Under the pieces are notes generated by a model that was not told where the DNA came from, ran no database searches, and saw only the letters and a list, made by a program, of their open reading frames with translations. A stretch of DNA of 64,000 nucleotides from Glycera tridactyla. Taxonomy: Eukaryota. Below, piece after piece: positions 1 to 12,928 of the stretch; position 1 is the stretch's first letter, and each line of letters opens with the position of its first letter. The stretch spans positions 7,688,001-7,752,000 of the forward strand of contig OZ286476.1 of NCBI GenBank assembly GCA_965644265.1, in the 5' to 3' direction. A program made the translations under genes and the position numbers.

Positions 1-199
1 TTTCAAGACATACTCTGTCATACTCTCAATATCAGTGATCAGAGAACCACAGATCTCACAATCTCACTCTCCCTCTCATCTGATTACACAGGGATGGATG
101 CAAAATAGTAGTACAAATCATAATGTATCAAAATGAGAGGCATTAGAATGAGATCAAATTGTGGTTGTGGAGATAGATATATAAACTCAGTTGAAAATG

Positions 200-3100
200 T
201 TAAAACCCAATAGGCAGTGATGAGAAATCTGACGAAAAAATCCTTTTATCACAGGAAAGTGAATATTTTTTCGTGAGATTTCTTGTGTTCACAGTCATGC
301 ATTTTTTGATCCTGAAAATATGTGGGTTGGTCACCACAACTTTCATTGTGGATCTATCAGGGACGGCATCAGCCATATCAGAATGGACCTGGTCTGCTGA
401 ACTATTTGAGTCTAGACATTGAGCAAACTCATCAATCATTGATTTCATTGAGTTCAAATTCATCTGTTTGCTAGCGTCAACACTCAGTGTGAATCCTTTG
501 TACTTCATGCTAGTTTCACCTGATGACAAAACATACCCATAGCTTTTGGGCCCTGTAGCAAAAAAGGATTTGATGTATGTACCTTGTGGAATTTCTGAGG
601 TCAAGTCACCACGATATCTCCCCAACGGAAGTAATTGGTCCGGAGAATCGGCTCCATATATGATAGAATCTGTATCACAGTAAAGAGCACGATCACCACA
701 CTGTTCAAGCAATGAATATAGATGCATGCGTGCATATGCTGTTACGAATGATGCCAAAATAACATTGTCAGACTGACCTGACTTTATGCTCCCCAATGAT
801 TGAACATGGTCTAAAATTAAGGTATCTTCATCCAGCACAGAGAAGTCCACGATCTTAGCAGATGAATTTGAAAGTATGGAGAAAAGTTGCGAAGGATTCT
901 TGCTGTAAATGATAGAAGTTTTTGGCTTACCAGAACGTTGCCCATGTTTGCCGTATAATTCGTTTAGTGTAACCTCAGCCATATTACGTTTAGCTGTTTT
1001 TTTTCGATATTATTGATGTCAAGTTCAACACCTTCATTTTCCCAATAATCTGCAATATATTTCAATTTATCTGCATATGACTCACAACCACTTGGGAACC
1101 CGCTACTCTCTGTTTTTATCTTTAAAAACAGATTCACATAATCTTTGAAGAGATTCACATTTTCCCCAGTGAAAGTGTCAGTTGTGTTCTACGTTGTCTT
1201 ATCAGAATGATAGACATCGTGAACTTTTATGACCCTATATCCTCTTGCAATAGCAAATCTCAACTCAGGTTTTACCCAAGTCCCTTTCATGAGTCTAGAA
1301 GACTCAGAACAATTGCATTTCTCAGCAGGTTTCTCTTGGCTAGAGCAAAATCTACATAGGGAGAAGAGTAGCTTTTGCCTGATTCTGAATGGTAGAATAG
1401 GGTAATAGAGATTTCTTGGTGGTGGAATAGTGACTTTGGCCAATCCAAAATAAGGTATTAAAGGTAAATCAAATCCACCAGGGTACAAATCATGAGTCAT
1501 AAGATTGGGGTGACCTAGAGGAAACTTCTTGGTCTTCATAACCCAGGGGTATAATGATATGACATCAGCATATTCTACCCGTGGGAATATGAGATTTGAA
1601 GCTTCATCAAGGTGATTTTGGGGGGATTCATCCCCTGAATAACTCATCCTGATAACCTCAACCCTCCCTCCATAATAAGCATCTCTTGGATCCATTGGTT
1701 CCTCAATTTCATCCAGCCCATTGACAACAACCTGTGCAAACACATCATCAATGAGAAGTGACCTAAATTCGTGCTCCCAACATGTAATTATGTTATAACC
1801 CATGGAAGAAAGTAATGCAGACCTATTCATGGTCTCTTGGTATATCTCATTTCTGGATCTGTTTGTTCTTTCGCAATGAATGGCGTTCCGATTCAAAGGA
1901 AAACATGTTGGGTAGGAATGGAACCAACACCCGTGAAGTAAAATATAGTATCTCCGGGTGATGGTTTTTGGATGACAGGCTTCATAGGGAGATGTCTCCC
2001 ATCACCTGTTGCAAACCCATCGGCATACACTATTCTCCCGTCACGCATTCTTATACCCACTTCCGACCAATTGCCGGCATGGTGAATTTCATATGACTCA
2101 CTTTCTGCCATGAAGCCCAACCATTCCAAAGCAATCTTACTGTGGCCGTGAATATAGCTTTGGTACCCACCAGGGGGGACTCTCCCTAACTCAGTATTCA
2201 AGAATCCTTTTCTTTTCAATTTTGTAACCCTTAGGTAATTCTATGAAGGGTATCATTCCATGACCAAAATCAATCTTAATTTCACCATTCCTTTGACAGC
2301 CTGGATAATACATACCGGTTTGAACCCAGTCTACACCGGTTGAACCTGATTTTAATGTCAAAACCACATTGTAATACTCTGCGATAAATTTTGTTTGGAA
2401 TATTCTCATTGCCATACTGGCCAGTGTCATGGATTTTTCGTAGAGGTCCACCCCACATAATTCCATGACCAATTTTCTAAATTTCATACATGTGAATCTG
2501 AGAATATTCACATCGTTTATACAGTACGAGATCAACTCAGACTTAAAATCAAAGATAGCACAAGATGATAACTTTCCATCATACCACAGTTTGAAAGTAT
2601 GAGCTGAATCAGGCTTCATCATATTCACTGAATAGTAAGATTGTGCCGGATAAGGTCCTACATAATCCTCATTACATTTCTTATTGAATAAGTGTGGAAA
2701 ATATCCTTTGCACAGGTTGTCGTCAATTCCAGAATTCCCAGATTGATCCAAATGGAAGGCCTTCGGTAATGAGGCTAACGGGTATGATATGAACTTGTAA
2801 TTATCCAGAAATCGTATAGAAATTGGATTATTTATCTCCATGTACAAGAGCTTTGACCCTGTGAATATAACATCAGCAGGATCGATATCCTTGTTTCTTA
2901 ACAATTCTTGTAAGATCAAAATATGATCATACCCACTGCCGTTGTGGGAAATCACAGTTGCTCCATCATGTTCAGGTGTCAGGAGCCAGGACAGGAAATT
3001 CTTAATGCACAAATCCCCAAAAAAGACTCTTTCCCGCACACCACATTCATCCCCACTGCACACATGCTCTTGCTTATATTGTCTCACGGGATCTCTCTTA

Positions 3101-5276
3101 CGTCTGAGCTTACATTTCAGGCTACATCTATCTCCACAATGATCACAAGAAATATCAGCTGCAAAAGATAATTCACGGCACATGTCAGACATTTTTTGAG
3201 CAACAACCGAATTACCATTATGCTTGAAACAACCGCAAGTTGAGCTACCACAATTCAAACACTTGCTGCACACATTACATGGAAACACACTATCTCTGCA
3301 TCCATCACATCTCTGTTGTGTCAATAAATTGCCAAGAGGACATTGCTTCACATCCTCTTGTGTTGATTCTATATCAAAAAATATATAAAGGTTGTCTTTT
3401 CTATTTTTACTTTTCTGAACATTTGCAGATTTTGCCCAAATATAACAAACATGATGGTCCAAAAAGTAGTTATCGCATTTTTTACATAAATATTCACCAC
3501 ACTGATGAGATTCTCTGGACCTTTTAGAACATTCGAATGTTTTAGAACACCAACCACATGTCCAAAATTTCATACATGTTACTGATTTGTGGCGTTCATA
3601 ACATTTCAAAGATTTGAATGTTGAAGTGCATGACTTACATGATATGATATCTTCAGTATTATGGATCAATCCACAATAATTTGATTCACATTTCCAACAT
3701 TTTGGAGGCATGCAGCACACGCTGAAATCATTCTTTTTTTGGCTTGCAGCATTCCTCGCATATGGCACATTTATCAAAGAAAGCATTCAATTTTGTGATT
3801 GAGTCAAAATGAAATGGGGATGTAAGATCCCCAGGATCAATCCTGTGATGATATATGTAGACTTTGACCCAACCGAATTCTTTGATATGTTGTGGGGGTG
3901 TCCTTACAAACTTATTACCACTAAGTTGTGATAGTACATATACCCCGCATCTCAAAGTTTCTTCTAAATTTTCCAAATGATCAAGATTGAATGATTTCTG
4001 ATCACCAAGTCCGGCTCTCAAAAGTAATTTTCTGGAGAGCTCTATCCTGAACCTTCCCTCTAGGATCTCTCATAACCTCATAAAGAGGTGGAGTTGTTTT
4101 ACCAACCCTCAAACATGTATCCAATCCATCCTCATCACAGGCAATTTTCATCAGTTGAAATTTCTCATCAGTTGTCTGTACGTTACTAGCCCATGAGACA
4201 AGAACAGAACGAGGGAGACAACTTTCAGTGCTATCACTTCTAATTCGTACAACTGATCGCTTAGAATACAGAGAATGTGTGTCTTCATGTAATAATGATA
4301 TTGTTTTTCTATCACCATTACCACCACCTTCTATAGATCTTATCACCGAAACTGTTATGAAAAATGTTCTATCAATGGCTACTTCTTTCTTGGATTGTGA
4401 AACGGCAGCTATTTTACCAAGAATCTCCCAGATATTGAGATCAGAAAATTCTTGAGCTTCAATAATTATAGGTGAATCTAATAAAACCTGATCAAAGACT
4501 ATTTTGAAAATATCAATGGGAGAACCTGAGTTTGAAAACCCTTCGAGAATTTTCTCTAAAATCAGTTTGATGACATCACGAATCTCCTCTATAGATGATG
4601 GTGAAATTGATGATAGAAATGAATCTAAAGGGGTTATCTTGAAAAAAGCACCCCCTACCAAACCACCAGCAAAACTTTCATGTACATATCTTTGCACTTG
4701 AAATATCTCCTCCCCATCATCATTGATTACATGAGGGGAATGAATATATAGAGGATCTGATGGTGATATATGAATGGGTGGAGAGATCCCATTGGGATCA
4801 TCCTGCATATTTGATCTCACTCTAATGTCTGCATTATCTAGAAATTCATCAATGGGGTAATGATCACCTTCACCATCAGGTCTGACATCATCAAATTGAT
4901 CACCAGAATCATCATCATCACCTCTCGATGTTGATGGTTTTGGTGATAGATTTTCTGCATCACCTGAGGTGAGATCACCCTCAACAGTGGAAGCATGAGA
5001 AACAGTGATATTCTTTGCCTTACTGTTCTGGAGACGACTCGAAGATGTGTGATCTGTGATACTAGCTGACCCACCACCACCATTGTCATTAATGGATGAA
5101 GAAGGGAAAGATCTCCGATTTCTCGTCTTTGACTTTGTTACTGGTGCACCACCATGATGATCCTTTCTAATCAACTGAAACAAAACATAACAAGGAAAAC
5201 ACATAAGTTCACTGTGAATAATTCTTAGATCAACTTGCATATCTGATGTTATGAATATTTTCATACCATCCATCAA
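200..5276 (-). pseudogene. polB: Polinton/Maverick-type protein-primed DNA polymerase B, split by several frameshifts
   Basis: Six consecutive minus ORFs carry the motifs in order: N-terminal GGG..KRSVVRI..SCLPRS and HFDSI; Cys-rich zinc region; ExoI FFDIES, ExoII HNGSGYD, KGYFPH, ExoIII YCINDV; inserted nuclease-like SKIALEWL/ADGF/CWEHEF; YYGGRVE; motif A DVISLYPWVM; KTESSGFP; motif B region AEVTLNELYGKHGQR (conserved Lys apparently replaced by Glu); motif C YCDTDS; GPKSY; KGFTL. Confidence 0.93.
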
Positions 5277-5383
5277 ACTAAAAAGCTTTCAAAAACTATT
5301 AATTATACAAGCTTTCGTGTGAGTAAATTCTCCGAAAAAATTTATAATTTATTGTGAGACCCTTACAATGGCCATGAGTGGGA

Positions 5384-5700
5384 TCACTCAAAATCACCTC
5401 TTGAGTTGTCAAGAGGTGTGAAAGAATTTGTGCACAATTCACAGACACCCAAAGTGTCATTTCTGTTGAAAATAAAGATCAACATGAATACTAAGAAGCA
5501 AATGTAAATCTGAATTGATACATCCAAAATGATAAATATGATCATTCTAGTCAAATACATTCTATGAATATATACCTTATGGTGATCCGGCACATGGTCA
5601 TAGATGTCTTGTAATGACGAGAATTCGGATCTCTTCACCCCTTCTTCACCAGTCTCATTTGAAGCACAGACAGCATGAAAATGAAATAAGATTGAGATTC
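5384..5700 (-). pseudogene. Probable frameshifted C-terminus of the long ORF with a C2H2-like motif
   Basis: FSCCLCFK (end of 5655 ORF) continues in another frame as ..EEGVKRSEFSSLQDIYDHVPDHHK, then GVCELC. Confidence 0.3.
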
Positions 5701-8114
5701 GGATTAGATGTTTGTGAAGCATCATGAGAGTTCTGATCACTATCATTGATTTCACTTGCCTGACTGTCATCACCACATATCTTGTGGTCATTACCAAATT
5801 CACCACCCTGATCATTTTTGCATTCATTTATATTTTCCATACTTTCAGAAGAGGATTCATACTCGTCATCACCCTCATTACCACTATCACAATCATTATC
5901 ACAACTATCATCAGATTCATTATCTTCACAGTCTGCATCATTTCCATCATCACCATCGTCACTGTTATTGCTATCATTATTGCCATCATCATCATTATTA
6001 TCACAATCATCATCATCACCACCATTGATGTCACCATTTTCATCATCACCAGAATGGTTGTCATCACCATCATCACCATCATCACCATCAGAACTATTGT
6101 CACCATCACCATCATCACAACCCTCATCATCATCCTTACCTTCATCATCTTCCCCATCCACACTCTCACTAAAGCCTTCACCCTCACCATCCATCCCATC
6201 ATAACCCTCACTATCGACCTCACCCTCACCATCTCCCTTATCACCCTGAATGAGAATCTGCTCACTTACAATGTCATTAATGTCACCTACTTTTTCAGGG
6301 ATTCTTCGAGTGACATCATTCTCATCTGATGATTCAATATAAATGACATCATTATCTGAATTAGATGGAATTTCACCCTCCGCATGATCCTGACACTTAT
6401 CATCCCTATTAAATAATGAACTTTCAGGAGATCTTTCATGTCCTGATGATTTAGAGTCCAACTTGACAGGATCATCACAAGACATACCATCAACCACACT
6501 GAACAAATTTCTACAAACTTGTTTTTTCTCCCTTGATGGTTTTGATTGACCATCCTTTGAGACTTCGCTTTTCACATTACCTTTACCCAAAGGTAATCTA
6601 ATTTTTGATGAAGGAATGGTCCGCCTCAGACCTTTAGCAGACATTGGTGTTGCACATGACCCTGTTCGAATACGTGATCGTTTGAGTAACTTGCCCTTAC
6701 TGAAAATTTTGGGTTTTGGTAATTTGGAAAAAAAATCACTTGATGATGTCAAAGTGCTGATCGATGATGTCGAAGAAATAGATGATGTGGTTGGTAAAGA
6801 CAATGGTAATGATGATGACACAGAAATTGATCTTGTGGTTATTGACGGTAATTTTGCACTAGAGTCTGAATCAATGGGCATACAAGGGGGTGGAATATGA
6901 GATAATGCCTCCAAAGAGGGCAGTTGTAATGATGGTGATGGAAAGTGTGGTACAGTGGAAACTGATGATGGGACTTTTGAAATATATATCAGAGATGGTA
7001 TTGATTGAGAACATTCATTTGTATTTGAGGGAGTGGATCCCACTTTTGGCATAGTCATATCTTGTGCACACAATGTCTCACAAGATGATGGAGTTGGAGA
7101 TTTCAGTGACACTGTAGAAATGTCAGATGACAATGAAGTATGATATTCAGTATTTGGATCAGACGCCTCATTTAAAGCCCGAATTCCAGCTATTGCTTCT
7201 GCAAACACATCTCTGAATGAAGATGAAGAATCATTACCTAAAGATAATTGATGAGAATGGTTTTGACGAGACTGATGATGTGGTTGAGGCGGCCGTGGTG
7301 GGCAGAAAACCTTCTCAACTTTCCTGCACTTAGGATCAGCTGGCACACGTTGATCATCTCTGAGTCGTTTCAGACCAGTAGAGAGCTTCGAAGTAGCAAC
7401 TGATGTCGAATTGCGTTGAGCTTTCTTACCATCCTGTAATACAAAAGGGTTGTCATTTCTGTTAGTTATTTTAGTAGTTGAAACTGACTTGATGGTTGGC
7501 TTATCTGAGTTGATAGCTGGAATTTGATTCATGTTACTCAGAACATGGATTGCATTTCCAACTTTGATAGTACCCTCTTTCAAAGGTATAGATGGAATGT
7601 CATTTTTGACACCATCTTCATCACCATTGGAATCTATATTACTTGTGGTGATTGGTACTTTCAAGTCACTGGATTTGCTAACTTTGGGATCTGACTGACT
7701 TACGGTGACTGGCACTTTAAAATCACCAGATTTTCCAACTTTGGAATCTGACTGATTAATCAGATTTTTCTGACCACTACCCTTGCCAACCTTTCTGGTG
7801 GATACCTTATTCCCAGATTTCTTTTTGGGAACGGGGGCAATAGTGCTTTCAGAGCTTCCTCGAATGCTCCTAGAATTTCTTGATGATACCTTTTGAGATT
7901 TTTTAGACAAGTTCAACTTCTTTACTCCCTGTTTTCTTGGTCTACCAGTGCGAGTGGTGAAACCTGATGATGAAGTGGGGGATGATGTCTTTGATGAGGA
8001 CTCAACAGGATGGTGAAGCCTCGAAAGGAACTCCTCCACTCGTGGACGATGTGGGACTCCCCTTGATGTCAATTGCTGGGTGGACAGAACTAAGTGCATC
8101 TCCTCTCCAAACAC
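5655..8114 (-). CDS. Long low-complexity ORF (basic, then Ser/Pro-rich, then Asp/Gly-rich); probably a large exon of an unknown gene
   Basis: 819 codons without a stop; candidate splice acceptor TCTCATTTTTAG near 8147 and donor GTGAGT near 8229; no recognisable family. Confidence 0.5.
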   Translation of the reverse strand: MFGEEMHLVLSTQQLTSRGVPHRPRVEEFLSRLHHPVESSSKTSSPTSSSGFTTRTGRPRKQGVKKLNLSKKSQKVSSRNSRSIRGSSESTIAPVPKKKSGNKVSTRKVGKGSGQKNLINQSDSKVGKSGDFKVPVTVSQSDPKVSKSSDLKVPITTSNIDSNGDEDGVKNDIPSIPLKEGTIKVGNAIHVLSNMNQIPAINSDKPTIKSVSTTKITNRNDNPFVLQDGKKAQRNSTSVATSKLSTGLKRLRDDQRVPADPKCRKVEKVFCPPRPPQPHHQSRQNHSHQLSLGNDSSSSFRDVFAEAIAGIRALNEASDPNTEYHTSLSSDISTVSLKSPTPSSCETLCAQDMTMPKVGSTPSNTNECSQSIPSLIYISKVPSSVSTVPHFPSPSLQLPSLEALSHIPPPCMPIDSDSSAKLPSITTRSISVSSSLPLSLPTTSSISSTSSISTLTSSSDFFSKLPKPKIFSKGKLLKRSRIRTGSCATPMSAKGLRRTIPSSKIRLPLGKGNVKSEVSKDGQSKPSREKKQVCRNLFSVVDGMSCDDPVKLDSKSSGHERSPESSLFNRDDKCQDHAEGEIPSNSDNDVIYIESSDENDVTRRIPEKVGDINDIVSEQILIQGDKGDGEGEVDSEGYDGMDGEGEGFSESVDGEDDEGKDDDEGCDDGDGDNSSDGDDGDDGDDNHSGDDENGDINGGDDDDCDNNDDDGNNDSNNSDDGDDGNDADCEDNESDDSCDNDCDSGNEGDDEYESSSESMENINECKNDQGGEFGNDHKICGDDSQASEINDSDQNSHDASQTSNPNLNLISFSCCLCFK

Positions 8115-8726
8115 ACTTATGGCAGGTACAAGACCACGACATAGGACACTAAAAATGAGACAAAATTTTCCCCCTTAAAATATATATGTTATGATAAAAC
8201 CCAATGCCAGATACCCAATATCATACTCACCACAAATTCACATAAGCCTGTGATGGAATATGTGTTTTCATCCTATTCAGTGAGATGAATATCTCACCAT
8301 CTCAAATGACCAATCTTTTCCTATGGATTTTTCATGAGAAATATGAGAGAACTTCATACAATCCATAATATTACAGATGAGTGATCTTGAGCAAATGAAT
8401 CCATATTGGAAATAACTCAAGACAGATAAAAAATACAACCCATCATGGAAAATCAGATAACTCAAGATTCTAAAATACAAACTAGTGATTAGCTCACCAG
8501 CATCTTCCAGAAATCCATTGTGTGATCTCATAAAATATGAAATGGTGAATATGGAATACACAAATTCATTATGATGACAGATGGGTGATCTCAGTGAATA
8601 TCACCAGTTATAACTGTTGATTGTTAATCCATGACATCAATTTGAATATTTGAAAAATCACAACCCTTAGCCCATATGAAATCTCACAGAAGCATACCAG
8701 AAAATATAAAAGGACAATATACTCAC

Positions 8727-10015
8727 ATAGCAAAGAAGTTGCGTTCTTCTTTGGTTCTCATTTGAGTGGTATCACAGGATGACAACAGGTCAACTTCAGG
8801 ATCGGATTCACTTGATGAGTCAATTGATGTCATTCGATGACTTCCAATAGGAAAGCCTTCATCACAGGTGGAGGAGACTTTCTTGGATGCTTTGCTGATT
8901 CCAGATGATTTAGGCTTCGAAGTATGTCCATCTGGAACAACCACACATTATCTTGGTGATGTTTCCTGCATCCATTCATATTCCTCACAAGGCAATAATG
9001 CACGATCTCCATTCGGTTGTAAGTGAAATTGAGCAAACCCAGCCAATCTTGCTCTCAAGCAAACATATTCAGGATCATCAATGTCAAATAATACCTTTGT
9101 TGAAGACATCTAATATGTCTTGAGGTGATGAAGTCATAAAATTGTATCAAGTGCCTATGATGAAGGTCAAGTTCAATCATGACGAAAATATTCTGTTCAG
9201 TGAATTCCCTGTGTGTCAGATGTCTGTTACACTAACATCCACTTTCAAATTCACATGTGCATCGAAATATGCCTAAAGGAAGTCCACTCAAATATTGGCT
9301 GATTGCCTTATGAACATAATCTATCAATATTATGAAGATGATCTATGTGAATCATCTCATGAAGTATTGCTGTGATTCCTTCATCAATGCATGCAGAGGT
9401 TGTTTCTACCAATACATTCCAAACTTCCTGTGGTAAATCGTCAACTACAAGAGTGAAACTATGTTTTCACATCAATGTTAATATTCTGATGATTCAGAAG
9501 ATGATTCATCTGAAATATCACTTGACTCATCATCATTGAAAACACAGTCTCGTATAGTCCGAGCCGAATTTCTCTGTACCAATACTGAGTGGGATCACTC
9601 AATGCCTTCCAAAGTATGTGGCGGACAAATTTCTGCAAATCATCTCCAGTGTACAATTTTGTACATTCATGAGAAGCTGATGTCATATCTTCTGCTATAC
9701 GATGTGATAGATATTCTATAGCACAAAATGCAAATTTCTTTGTATCCTTCAGGTCAAAGAGTGTAGGGAAGGGATAGTCTGCTTTGTACATGTCCTTCTC
9801 AAGAGCATTTGTGATCCCCTCCTCAATGCATGATGAGGAAAATGTGGGAATCCCAGCTTCTTGGCATTTTTGCTTGACTTCGATGACATAATCTTCAAGA
9901 TCTCTCACTATGTAACTGTACCAATGATTTATGATCTTCTCTATTTCCGCTTTGAATTCAACTGGAATGATGCTAAGTTAGAATATGGCTTCATCAGATT
10001 GAACTTTATAGTCAT
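8727..10015 (-). pseudogene. Degraded coding exon of unknown protein (includes ORF 9459-9908)
   Basis: Pyrimidine tract and TAG acceptor at 10016; the frame of ORF 9459-9908 extends to it with one stop; SSCIEEGITNAL recurs downstream as SACIDEGITAIL; candidate donor GTGAG near 8727. Confidence 0.4.
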
Positions 10016-10098
10016 CTACAAATAATAAGAAAATATTCCCTGAGCTAATAGTCATAGAAAAATGACATACTTTTCTCTGACCAATACTATCAGGAGTG

Positions 10099-10159
10099 CA
10101 CACACCGCACACACATATGCACACACACATACACACTCACAGTCACTCACTCACTCACA

Positions 10160-10195
<36 letters not shown>
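10099..10195. repeat. (CA)n/(CACT)n microsatellite
   Basis: Directly visible. Confidence 0.95.
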
Positions 10196-10196
<1 letters not shown>

Positions 10197-10309
10197 CAAA
10201 ATCAGCTATTCAATCATAGATACTACACAAAATGTTCCTCAGGATGCCTATTTACCATAATTTCCATGCTAGGATGCAGTTTCAATGACATTCAGATGAT
10301 CTGAGGCTA

Positions 10310-11990
10310 TTTGGCGATATCAGGTTTTGTTCGGTGTTTTCAGTCCACAAATCCCGGTAAATTTCTGTTGATTTGGTCGTTTCCGCATATTCTGTATTTT
10401 GAATGACGTCACGTACGGGGATACTCCATGATTGTTCTTGAAAGTGATTCCCAAGAAAGCACACTTCTCACGGCTATTATGGGCGAAATATTAATCGAAA
10501 TCAGGTATTCAATCATGGACTCTACAAGAATCGGACATGTAGAAGCCAATCGTGCCATCGTTTTCATGCGAGGATGTCATTTTACGGACTTTTTTTGCAG
10601 ATTCGGCGATATCAGGTTTTGTTCGGTGTTTTCAGTTCGCAAATCCCGGTAAATTTTGGTTGATTTGGTCGTTTCCGCGTATGCTGTATTTTGAATGACA
10701 TCACGTACAGGGATACCCCATGAATGTTCTTGAAGGTGATTCCCAAGAAAGCACTCTTCTCACTACAAGAATCGGACATGTAGAAGCCAATCGTGCCATC
10801 GTTTTCATGCGAGGCTGTCATTTTATGGACATTTTACGCAGAAAATATTGGGGAATCGAGGGAATCTCCGAGTCTAATGATGTCACGGCTGAAACACCGC
10901 ATCTTCGCTATTGGGGTTCCCCCACGATCGCCCAAGGAAGGTGATTCCCCAGAAAGCACACTTCTCACAGCTATTATGGCAAAATATTCATCGAAATCAG
11001 GTATTTAATCATGGAATCTACAAGAATCGGACATGTAGGAGCCAATTGCGCCATCGTTTTCATGCGAGGATGTCGTTTCACGGACATTTTACGCAGAAAA
11101 TATCGGGTAATCGAGGGAATCTCCGAGTCTAATGACGTCACGGGTGGGACACCGCATCTTCGCTATTGGGGTTCCCCCACGATCGCCCGGAAAGGTGATT
11201 TCCCAGAAAGCACACTTCTCACAGCTATTATGGCGAAATATTCATCGAAATCAGGTATTTAATCATGGATTCCACAAGAATCGGACATGTAGAAGCCAAT
11301 CGTGTCATCGCTTTCATGCGAGGATGTCGTTTCATGGAGATTTTACGCAGAAGATATCGGGGAATCGAGGGAATCTCCGAGTTTAATGACATCACGGCCG
11401 GGACACCGCATCTTCTCTATTGGGGTTTCCCTTGTTCTTCCGCGAAGGTGATTTCCCAGAAAGCACACTTCTCACGGCTACTAATGGCGAAAGATCCATC
11501 AAAATCAGCTATTTAATCATGGGTTCTACAAGAATCGGACATGTAGAAGCCTATCGCGCCATCATTTTCATTATAGGATGTCATTTTATGGACATTTTAT
11601 GCAGAAAATATCGGGGAATCAAGGGAATCTCTGAGTCTAATGACGTCACGGGTGGGACACCGCATCTTCGCTATTGGGGTTCCCCCACGATCGCCCGGGA
11701 AGGTGATTCCCCAGAAAGCACACTTCTCACAGCTATTATGGCGAAATATTCATCGAAATCAGGTATCTAATCATGGATTCTACAAGAATCGGACATGTTG
11801 AAGCTATTCGTGCCATCGCCTTCATGCTAGGGTATCATTTTACGGACATTTTACGCAGAAAATATTGAGGAATCAAGGGAATCTCCGAGTCTAATGACGT
11901 CACAGACAAGACATCACAACTTCGCTAGTGGGGTTCCCCCATGATCATCTGCGAAGGAGATACCCAGAAAGCACAATTCTCACGACTGAT
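10310..11990. repeat. Tandem satellite of about 7 units of ~254 bp
   Basis: Anchor ACAAGAATCGGACATG recurs near 10524, 10764, 11021, 11275, 11529 and 11782; the first two units are a variant type; many units contain TGACGTCA. Confidence 0.95.
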
Positions 11991-12723
11991 AGGGCACAGC
12001 TTGTGATCATCTCTTGTCTGAACACGAGAACCAGATGACAAAAATGACACCAACTACACTCATATGTGCATCCCTCATCCTAGTGACATTAGCAGGTTAC
12101 CATGACAAAAACTCAAGACATGCGCGTTTTAGTGGATAGAGTGGCATGCTTAAAATGATAAACAATGACAGATTGTCTTCATCCCTTATCCAGACATGTG
12201 TTCCAGATGAGAAATGACTTCCCCAACCTCTCACATTGGAATGCTTACTAACTTTACAGTCTCAGCCAGAGATGGTGAGAAATGACATCCCTAGCCTCCC
12301 ACATTGAAATAACTACACATCATAGAGAGCAGCTAAATATGCTTGGTAGCATCCAGGATTTCCTGGATTGAGGGCAAGACCCCCCTGAAAGAGGGACATT
12401 CTCCATAAAATTTTACAAAAATGGCTACACTCATCACAGAGTAAATTCAACCCATGATGAATTGGGGTGCTATGTGCTCCCACCAATTACCTTAAGAAAG
12501 GACCCCCAAATCAACTATTGGGAAAATGTCAAATGCATCTCTCTGGAAATCACCCCTGAATATATAGTCAATCCTGTCCTAAGCATCATCCCTTTGGGTA
12601 GTAAAAAGATGATTGCTTAAGGGAGGTGTGTGAATAGATCAGTGGATGCTTAGGACAGGTTAGACTGTATTACTCAACAGCTCAACCAAACATCACAATA
12701 TGTGAAATATAGAAAAATCTTAC

Positions 12724-12928
12724 CTGAGACTGATGAAGGCAGTGATGATGCTGCTCCTTCCAGAGGATGTAGACTGGGGAGGTAGACTCCCCTCGAGAGA
12801 TTCCTCTGCAGACATAGCTAGGTGGTGCTATGAATCCTGATGATCAGCTGATGATGATGATGATGACTGTCACCAATGCTGGGGAAAAGTCTCCTGAGCT
12901 CTACTCCCAATTTTGCCGCCCTTTTATA
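12724..12928 (-). promoter_or_regulatory. Candidate TATA promoter, short first coding exon and splice donor
   Basis: TATAAAA at 12928-12922 (minus), ATG at 12815 (MSAEESLEGSLPPQSTSSGRSSIITAFISL), CAG|GTAAGA donor at 12724/12723. Confidence 0.4.

Noticed and set aside
5724-6329. Ile/Thr-rich, His-rich and Met/Val-rich ORFs overlapping the acidic tract
   Set aside because: Alternative-frame shadows of GAT/GAC-rich low-complexity sequence
10310-11990. CRISPR array, or coding repeats from the many plus-strand ORFs
   Set aside because: Whole 254-bp units repeat without unique spacers; the ORFs are by-products of the satellite
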